Program-made: the position numbers and the translations under genes
Shown here: positions 30,896 to 38,914 of the stretch, in pieces
How positions within the stretch are numbered: position 1 is the first letter of the stretch
Layout of the letters: each line of letters begins with the position of its first letter
Source of the DNA: Candidatus Obscuribacterales bacterium
GTDB taxonomy: Bacteria > Cyanobacteriota > Vampirovibrionia > Obscuribacterales > Obscuribacteraceae
Reading direction: 5' to 3'
Assembly (NCBI GenBank): GCA_965228855.1
Contig: CBDDIJ010000002.1
Location: 32,001-96,000 of the forward strand
Length of the DNA stretch: 64,000 nucleotides
The notes under the pieces: generated by a model
What the model was told of the DNA's origin: nothing
Seen by the model: the letters and a program-made list of their open reading frames with translations, nothing else
Database searches by the model: none

Positions 30896-31132
30896 ATGCG
30901 AATTATCATCACTTTTGAAACGACGCACAAAGTGCTTGCCGCCGAAAAGGCGCTGAAGTCGGCGAAAGAAATGAACTTTCGTTTTCGTCCAACTCCCACT
31001 CCGCCTGGTCTGACAGACTCGGTTTGCGGAATGGCTCTCGAAGTTCTGAACAAGGAGCAGAAACAAGTCATCGTCGACTTCCTGACGTCTCAACAAATTT
31101 CGCCTCAGGGTGTCTTCGAAGTCGAGCGCTGA
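30896..31132 (+). CDS. DUF3343-like small protein
   Basis: IITFETTH...AEKALK...PTPPGL...CGMAL pattern. Confidence 0.65.
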   Translation: MRIIITFETTHKVLAAEKALKSAKEMNFRFRPTPTPPGLTDSVCGMALEVLNKEQKQVIVDFLTSQQISPQGVFEVER

Positions 31133-31883
31133 AAGGCGCAAACGGTTTCGTTCAAAAACGGCTTGAAGCGGCTCCGCATAAACCCACCGGGTGGACACGA
31201 TCGCTCTATCACAGTGCTTCGCTGCCACTTAAGAGTTCATGCGGCTTTTGGAATACAGCAAAAACTGCAAACCACACTTCCGAAGATTCGGAACCGCCTG
31301 AACCGCAACGTCGGCTTGCGTCCGCAGTCTCAGTCTAAATCTTCCTCCATCACAGGGTCTTTGCTATCTACGGCAAGCTCACAAGTTTTAGGAGACTTGC
31401 CGAACACTCGCTTGTCAAGAGATCTTTGACGGCAGAAATTTTTGAAACGACGACCTGCCTAGCGCGACATGACGCGAGCAAAAACACCATTCCGCATCCT
31501 CTTGCAAACCCTCGCCCCCACACACGCTTCGCGTGCGCTTCCGCGCTCCGACAATCGAACCACTGCATAAGTTGAAATGAGATTTAGATTTGAAATTGAG
31601 AATAAACGGCTTTAAACCTTGCTTGGCAACTTAGCTAATTCCTATTCTCCCCTTATACATCTTCTTCTGTTCTTAAACTCACCGCGACAGCCTAGTTTCA
31701 TCTCACAAGCCTTACAGATCTCCCAGCGCGTCTATTTTGTGCGTCTGGAAGAGAGTCGGATTTGGTCGTCGCGCGTGAGTCTCTACGGCGTGGTGCGGTC
31801 GTGACCCGATTTGCAGCCTCCGCCGATTTCATGTACCCCGCTCACCACGCGGGTTCTCGCTAACTCAATAGAGAGGACATGAT

Positions 31884-32843
31884 TTGAGCAACACTCAAAC
31901 CGAAGCCGGTTCGGGCGATACCATCGCCGCAAGCCGGCAGCGCGTTCTTGTCGTCGTGAAACAGCCGCTCAAAGCGCTGGCTGAAGCATCCGACGATCAG
32001 CGGCTCAAGAAACTCCTGGTGCCGAACTCGGCTGACCATGAGCGTCTTGTGCGCACGCAGCTGGAGCACGACCAGTCGCTTCAGCACGTGGTAAGTGTTT
32101 TGAGCGATCATGGGATTGACGCTCGGTGCGTCATTCGGCATCCTGGCGAGCATTTCGAGATTCGCGACGACGAGAAGATGGTCATCACCGTAGGCGGTGA
32201 CGGCACCTTCCTCGACGCGTCACACTCGGTGCTCAATGATGTGCCGATGCTGGGCGTGAACAGCGCTCCGCATTCCAGTTTCGGGCACTTCTGCCTGACC
32301 GATCGCAGCGGTTTCGAAGCCGCTCTCAGTTCGATTCTTTCGGGACGTCGAAAACCCTCATCGCTCCTTCGTCTCAAGCTGACGCTGGACAACGAGGTCG
32401 TCGACATCCCTGTTCTCAACGAGGTTCTCCTCGCGCACATCATCCCGGCTGGAACCAGTCGCTACAAGCTCGATGTGGGAGGCGAGACGGCGAGCCACAA
32501 ATCGTCCGGTCTCATCATCTCCACCCCGAGCGGCTCGACCGGCTTCATGCGTTCGGCGGCGGGTCCCATCGCCGACATCACCGACGAGACGTTCGCCTTC
32601 TGGGTGGACAAACCGTTCAAGACGCCCGGCGTCAGCTTCCCTCTGCGGGGCGGCGAGGTCGTCGACGGCAAGCTCGTCGTCACATCCGAGATGATCGACG
32701 GCATGTTGTACATCGACGGAGCGCACATCCAGCGCCCGTTTCCGCACGGCGCAAAACTGACCGTCACCGTGCATGAGTCTCCGCTCCGCGCCTACGTCGA
32801 CCCGGCGTGCCACGACCGCTACAAGTCGGATTCGTGGGCGTAG
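31884..32843 (+). CDS. NAD(H) kinase
   Basis: GGDGTFL, LGVNS, VLNE, SSGLIISTPSGST; RBS gagagg then TTG. Confidence 0.88.
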   Translation: MSNTQTEAGSGDTIAASRQRVLVVVKQPLKALAEASDDQRLKKLLVPNSADHERLVRTQLEHDQSLQHVVSVLSDHGIDARCVIRHPGEHFEIRDDEKMVITVGGDGTFLDASHSVLNDVPMLGVNSAPHSSFGHFCLTDRSGFEAALSSILSGRRKPSSLLRLKLTLDNEVVDIPVLNEVLLAHIIPAGTSRYKLDVGGETASHKSSGLIISTPSGSTGFMRSAAGPIADITDETFAFWVDKPFKTPGVSFPLRGGEVVDGKLVVTSEMIDGMLYIDGAHIQRPFPHGAKLTVTVHESPLRAYVDPACHDRYKSDSWA

Positions 32844-32880
32844 AGCCAATCGCAACCCGAAGATTCCTATGGAGAAACGC

Positions 32881-34251
32881 ATGAAACTCTTTTCGAATAT
32901 CACGAGGATGCTCGTGATCGCGGTTGTCGCGCTGCTCGCAATGGCCCCGTCCATGGCGTCAGCGCAGACCACCCCGTACCGGCCCAATTTCAGCGCCGGC
33001 ACGCAGGTCTACATCGACCCGGCAGTGGCGAATCATCCGGACTTTCCGGTGTCGCTCTCCGGGCTCGAATCCAAGCTCAAAGACGCCGGCTCCGCGCACG
33101 GTGTCGTCTTCATCTCGGTCGCCGTCCAACAAACGACCGAGCGTGGCGGCGGCAATCTCGCAGCCGATTGGCTCGACCAGCTGCTTCTGCGGTGGGGCGG
33201 CGCCAACGGTTTCCCCTCGGACAACTATGTCCTGATGGTCTGGATGCGTAGCGCATCGAACCCGTCGGAAGGCTGGGTCGCGGTCAACGCCGGCGCCAAC
33301 CTGAAGACGTACGGTCTGGGCAAGAGCATGCTCGATGCCGCTGACGGTCCGGTCGTTCCGGCTGTGCGCAAGTACATGCCGCAGGATCCCAAAGGCGCCT
33401 TCCTCGGTATCGCGGGCGGTGTCAACAAGGTCGTCGACGACTACAACGCCGCGCAGCAAAGCGCCAAGGACCGCTCCGACTTCATGGGTCAGCTGCCGAT
33501 CTACTTCCTGATTCTGCTTGTCGCCGGCGGCGCCGTCGCCTTCTTCGTCGTGCGCTCCAAGGGCGCCAAGGACCTCAAGGCGCAGGTCGAGCCGCTCTTC
33601 AACGAGTGGAACGAGAAGATGGAGTCCGCCAACGCGCTCTACCTCAAGCTTCGCGGTGGCTACCTGGGCTTCATCCAGGACCAGGGCGACTGGAAGGGCA
33701 AGTTCTCGGGCTCGACCAAAGCCCAGTACGAAGCGGCTCTCACCAACTTCGCCGACTTCTCTGCCCGTCGTTCGAAGGCGAACGCGCATCTCGAAGAGGC
33801 GCACAAGCTCTGGCAGAAGGGCGACTACAAGGGCGTGCGCGAGATGCTGCAGAACCAGACCATCTCGGTCACCGGTGCGGACATCGCGCTCGAGGACGCC
33901 ACGCTGTTCGGTGGGCTGGTCGTGAAGAACGACTACAAGCCGTCCGAGCTGCTCAACTCGATGGCGACGCTGTTCGACCAGACCAACAAGGCGCTGGCCG
34001 GCATCATGAAGTCGCTCAACGAGGCGCTCGCCGCCGGTTCGGAGCTGGACGCCGTGCAGGCGGACATCGAGATGAAGTGGGCGCAGGCGGGCGACAAGTC
34101 GTTCGCTCCGCACAAGGCCGAATTCGACGCCATCAACGTCGAGGAAGTCCAGGTGCGGCTCACCTACAAGAGCGACCCGCTCGCCGGCAAGGCAGCGATG
34201 CTCGCCCTCGTCGCTCGCGCCAAGACGATCCAGTCGAAACTGGCAGCCTGA
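32881..34251 (+). CDS. Membrane protein: signal peptide, TPM-like domain, TM helix, helical domain (short paralogue of 38915-41914)
   Basis: RBS ggaga; signal peptide ending ASA-Q; TM LPIYFLILLVAGGAVAFFVV; many motifs shared with 38915-41914. Confidence 0.7.
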   Translation: MKLFSNITRMLVIAVVALLAMAPSMASAQTTPYRPNFSAGTQVYIDPAVANHPDFPVSLSGLESKLKDAGSAHGVVFISVAVQQTTERGGGNLAADWLDQLLLRWGGANGFPSDNYVLMVWMRSASNPSEGWVAVNAGANLKTYGLGKSMLDAADGPVVPAVRKYMPQDPKGAFLGIAGGVNKVVDDYNAAQQSAKDRSDFMGQLPIYFLILLVAGGAVAFFVVRSKGAKDLKAQVEPLFNEWNEKMESANALYLKLRGGYLGFIQDQGDWKGKFSGSTKAQYEAALTNFADFSARRSKANAHLEEAHKLWQKGDYKGVREMLQNQTISVTGADIALEDATLFGGLVVKNDYKPSELLNSMATLFDQTNKALAGIMKSLNEALAAGSELDAVQADIEMKWAQAGDKSFAPHKAEFDAINVEEVQVRLTYKSDPLAGKAAMLALVARAKTIQSKLAA

Positions 34252-34296
34252 GCGAGCCGACTGTGCGCGCTTGTTCTGAACAGTGCGCACAAATTT

Positions 34297-34341
34297 CGCG
34301 AACCAGGGGAGCCCATGCGGCTCTCCTGGTTTCGCGTTTTT
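34297..34341 (+). terminator. Intrinsic terminator
   Basis: cgcgaaccaggggagc-ccatgcg-gctctcctggtttcgcg followed by ttttt. Confidence 0.7.
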
Positions 34342-34429
34342 GTCGCTCATTCGCGACATCGTATAGTAGTAGATCCCGCTTCCGCCAAACGCGTTTTGAA
34401 CTGCCCCCGAAGTTCACGAACACCCGAGT

Positions 34430-35145
34430 AAATCACCCAGTCCCGCCGAGGATTTTGAAAATGTGGCAAAAATCGATCCGATCACTAAATTACCCTGGGC
34501 CGAAAGAGGACTTTGGAAATGTGGCAAAAACCGATCCGATCACTAAATCACCCTGGGCCGAAGGAGTACTTTGGGAAATGTGGCAAAAACCGATCCGATT
34601 TTGAGAAATCTTGATCTGTTTTTCACACACTTACCGGATGGCGCACGCACACTTGTAATTTCGTCCGCCGCTGGCGAGGTCAGTTCGAGTCGTGAACTCC
34701 AGGTCCCTGAGGGCGAGCTAGCTCGAGTCATGACCTCCGGGTCCGGCGGGTCGAGCTAGTTTGAGCCCTGACGAAAGAGGACTTTGAGAATGTGGCAAAA
34801 ACCGATCCGATTTTGAGAAATCTTGATCGGTTTTTCACACACTTACCGGATGGCGCACGAACACCTGTAATTTCGCCCACCGCTGGCGAGGTCAGTTCGA
34901 GTCATGACCTCCGGGTCCTGCGGGGCGAGCTAGCTCGAGTCATGACCTCCGGGTCCTGCGGGGCGAGCTAGTTTGAGCCCTGACCTCCGGGTCCTGCGGG
35001 TCGAGCTAGCTCGAGTCGTGAACTCCGGGTCCCGGCGGGTCGAGCTAGTTTTAGCCCTGACGAAAGAGGACTTTGGAAAATGTGGCAAAAATCGATCCGA
35101 TTTTGAGAAATCTTGATCGGTTTTTCACACACTTACCGGATGGCG
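34430..35145. repeat. Nested modular repeat array (non-coding)
   Basis: atgtggcaaaaa(c/t)cgatccgat x5 (34461, 34519, 34578, 34790, 35080); 38-bp unit tcgagtcatgacctccgggtcctgcggggcgagctagc x6 (34685, 34723, 34897, 34935, 34973, 35011). Confidence 0.9.
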
Positions 35146-35367
35146 AGTCTGTGCGACAGTTTTGATGAAAGGGGTCTTGCCAGACGCGTCGGTTGCATGC
35201 AATAGGCGCACAAAAATTTCTTCGTCAAGTCTTGCCACTTTCCGCAGCCAGAGCCAATAGGCGACGTTTTCATCCTGCGTGTTTTCCGCATTGGCACGCC
35301 GCAAACGTCGGAGTAATTTCTGAAGGAAACCAGCGGTCGCTACCGGCTCAATGAGAGTTATCCGACA

Positions 35368-36312
35368 ATGAAAAAGCCAAACAATCCTCCCGTCTCGCAA
35401 GCACTCACCGACGAGTTGTTCTGGAGCTTGTTCTACGGTGACCTGGATCAGGTAGTTGGTCATGTCGTGATTCAGTCCGCGTTTCTCTGGGACGCGCGAA
35501 TGAAAAAAATCGAGAGACGGATAGAAGAAGCCATCACCCGTGGTGCCACCGTCTGTGTCTTCATTCAGGCACCAAGCAGCTGGTATAAAGAAACCTTGAC
35601 CGACCAGCAACAGGAGGAGTTGCAGGGCTTCTACAACAGATGCCTGGTCCTGCAGTCCTGGGGAGTGCACCTCAATCTGAAAAACAAAATACATCAAAAA
35701 ATTGCAATACTCGATGGGAAGGTTCACTACGAGGGCAGCTTGAATATCATGTCCCATCGGGACACAGGAGAGAACATGCGTCGCTTCTCAATTCCGACTG
35801 AAGCCGACGTCATTGCAAACCTCCATGGCTTGGACCTTTGCTTGATATGCAACCAGGCGAGAATCAAAAATGGAACCGGTAGCCTAGAAGAAAACGCATT
35901 GGCAAAAGTTGGTGAATGCATTAAGCGTCAACGTAGGCATCTTGGGCTTTCCCAGGGGCAACTGAGTGCGCGCTGCGGAGTTGAAAGAACTCAGTTGTCA
36001 CGGCTCGAAAGACTGTTCACCTCGAGCCTCTCGGTTTTCGCAAACATAATCGGCGCGCTCGACCTGGAGATCCTGCTCGTGCCAAAGCGGCACATTCTAT
36101 GCGTCAGCGATTTTCTCGACCGCTTGCTCAACAACGAATTGACGGAGCGCCCAAACCGTTGGGTGACGAGTCGAGTCGAAGAAATCTACCGACTCTCGCC
36201 ATTCTCGCTACATCTGCCCCCGGGACTGGCTGAGCGCAATACCCAGCAAAAAAGGGCGCGCTTTCGAGGAAAACCATCGGAGCCTTCTTCGCAATCGAAC
36301 GATGAAGCTTGA
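35368..36312 (+). CDS. PLD-like (single HKD) domain fused to an XRE-family HTH
   Basis: IHQKIAILDG...EGSLNI; IKRQRRHLGLSQGQLSARCGVERTQLSRLER. Confidence 0.78.
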   Translation: MKKPNNPPVSQALTDELFWSLFYGDLDQVVGHVVIQSAFLWDARMKKIERRIEEAITRGATVCVFIQAPSSWYKETLTDQQQEELQGFYNRCLVLQSWGVHLNLKNKIHQKIAILDGKVHYEGSLNIMSHRDTGENMRRFSIPTEADVIANLHGLDLCLICNQARIKNGTGSLEENALAKVGECIKRQRRHLGLSQGQLSARCGVERTQLSRLERLFTSSLSVFANIIGALDLEILLVPKRHILCVSDFLDRLLNNELTERPNRWVTSRVEEIYRLSPFSLHLPPGLAERNTQQKRARFRGKPSEPSSQSNDEA

Positions 36313-36592
36313 GGACTTCGGTCTCGTTGCGGACCATTGACTCCCACACACAAACCACTCCTACCAGCGCCTGCCGCGGAGGTCTCAAAGCTACAGCGAT
36401 TCGGATGTGTGGAGAACGGATCCGATCAGCACAAAACCTACCACGGCATCTAGTACCACTCCGTCCGAACAGACAGGGGACCAAAGTCACCGGCTAACGC
36501 CGATGAACCTCGCTCCCCTGCTGTGAATGAGTCAAACCCGCCGCTGCCTCATAACGAAACAATGGCGAGTCAAATTTTCCAGAAAACCTGTG

Positions 36593-37246
36593 CTACTTCG
36601 AGCAAACGTCCTTCTTCGCAGCCTTGCCGTCCTTGTCCTTGGGCTTCCCATCGGACTTCGACGGCTTTTCGACATCGGCGCACACCCCACACGGCTTCTT
36701 GGAACGGCGCTCCTTGGTGAGACCGGCGTTCACATGGCGTTTGCCCTGCGGAGTCGTGAGAAGCTCGATCTCGATGACACCATCGCCACCCTTCGCTTCG
36801 AGCACGTCTTCGGCGACGCACTTGATGATGTGGGCGGTGGGCATCAGACCGAGACTCGACGACGTGAGCCGGTCCGGCATGATGGGGATCGTGATGCGTT
36901 CGCAGCGGGCAGCCACGACGCGATTCATGGCGACCTTGATGGTATCGCGCACGGTGCCACAATCGAAACGTCCAGCCTTGCCGAGACCGACGATCAGCAC
37001 CTTTTTCTGCTTGCTCTTGTCGCCGAGCGTGATGGTCAGGTGTTCACCCAACTCACCCGTGAAACCACTCGTCGACAGCTGCTCCGAGACTTTCTCTTCG
37101 GAGCTTGCCACCAGACCTTTGAGATCGGCGGCCAGGTTCATCCCAGAAAACTTCGCGAGCATGAGCATAGGAGTGACGGGTTCCGGTGCTTGAACGCGAT
37201 CCTTGCCCGCTTTCAGCGTGGCAGATACGGTAAATTTAGCCTTCAT
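36593..37246 (-). CDS. Stand-alone M17 (leucyl aminopeptidase) N-terminal-like domain protein
   Basis: FTGELGE...KKVLIVGLGK motif; no catalytic M17 domain; RBS aggag. Confidence 0.65.
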   Translation of the reverse strand: MKAKFTVSATLKAGKDRVQAPEPVTPMLMLAKFSGMNLAADLKGLVASSEEKVSEQLSTSGFTGELGEHLTITLGDKSKQKKVLIVGLGKAGRFDCGTVRDTIKVAMNRVVAARCERITIPIMPDRLTSSSLGLMPTAHIIKCVAEDVLEAKGGDGVIEIELLTTPQGKRHVNAGLTKERRSKKPCGVCADVEKPSKSDGKPKDKDGKAAKKDVCSK

Positions 37247-37893
37247 GGAGAACTCTCCTGTTTGGACCGACGACCGCTACATCGCCAGCCCTGGTTGCCT
37301 TCCCAAACCAATGCCACCGCGGATGACACCAGCCCGGAAGTGGATTACTTAACTTGAACCAAAATCGAACCGACGCGACGCACTCACCACTCTTCACCAG
37401 GAGCGCAAGTTCGCAGCTACAACTCGACCATCAGACAAGTCCAAATATTCGGTCAACCATCCTTCCCCGCACACCTGACGCCACCCATGTCGCTGATACG
37501 ACGGCGTTTTCTTATGGTGAATGTAAGACTGGATGCGGTTTTCGCGGAAGAAGTCCTGTTGGAGCAGAAAGTGAAGTTGACCAGTCAACGTATAAAAAAC
37601 TACTGGTATAGTGCAATAACTACTTCCCTTAAACAGCACTAAAGTCTGCACAGTTAGCGCGATCCTGCCTACAAGTTCCAACGAATGCACTAAATGAATT
37701 GCGTCTCCTAAATCCGAAGAGCTGCTTCAAATAAACCTTTTCAGACCACGCTAGCGCAAAAGATAAAGGAAAAATTGAACCCTAGCGCAACTTCTCGCTG
37801 CCCGTTACGTAACTCAACAACCGCTTCCTGAGCGGCGCTTAAGGGTTAGATGAATCGACCGCTCGGCCTGCAATACGCGACATCGACTTATCG

Positions 37894-38067
37894 GTTTCGA
37901 GCAGACAGTTGCCTGGTGTCGGAACCCCGATGAGGAGCGTCAAAGTTCTATGGATCGTTGTCTATTTAGAGTTGAGAGATAACTGGTGTCTGAAACGATG
38001 AGGGACAAGCTCTGTGGAGCACAGTCCGTTTCAAGTCGACAGATGCCTGGTGTCGAAATCGATGCCG
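37894..38067. repeat. Degenerate three-copy tandem repeat (periods 70 and 64 bp)
   Basis: Core ctggtgtc at 37913, 37983 and 38047, with similar flanking sequence. Confidence 0.55.
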
Positions 38068-38914
38068 TGGTGTGGAGACGGTTCAAAGACATCCTTCCGT
38101 AGAACATTTGCCCCGCATCGATACCCCGGTCACACAGAACACTTGCCGCCCGCATCGATACCACAACCATTTATAGATGATCCAGACTAGGTCGCGAATT
38201 GTCACCGCATTTAGTATCACCCATATCACTTGCGCGACAACAACAAGCCGCCATCTAATCGTCCATTAGTAGCAACTCACCCAACCGGCGAATTCGCGCT
38301 GCGCTAACGACGCTAGTCAAGCACCTCTTAAATTCGGTCACATCATGAACATATAACGTTGTCATGAAATCCATAGCGCCTCTTGTTTGATATTGTCCCG
38401 CGGTCGTTTCGGCCACGCTGAATCCGGAGAACCGCGTACCGTTAACCCCAGATAAGGTTCACAAGCGGCAACAAACCTTGGGGCAGCGCATCGCCGATTT
38501 GTAGATTGCATAGGTCCACTTTTTTCACACCTTGCGACTTCTCTCCGCCTCCAGACATCTAACCTGAACCGATTCGCCAGACCACCCGCAACAGCGTGTG
38601 GTTTCTGCACGTCTAAGGTCCGATGAAGAGCGTCGTCGCGAGATGGTTTCTTCTAAACGCACACGGCTAGCCGTTCCTGTCACCAACGTGGTCCCGAGGA
38701 ACGGCACGAGGGCGTCTCATCGCTTCGCACGGTCCGTCGACACGCAGCACTCCATGCTCGTGCCCGCGCGACTTTCAGAAACCGCAATCCGCTGTTGCAG
38801 TCGAGTTCGTTACGACGAACCACGCCAACTGCGGACGACCTTCTGACGAGGCAGCTTTCGACACAACGCGTCGATGACGGCGCGCTGAACCGACACCAAT
38901 TGCTGGGAGAACCT

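Noticed and set aside
34430..35145. CRISPR array
   Set aside because: The segments between repeats are themselves repeated and vary from about 35 to about 270 bp; no cas genes are present in the window.
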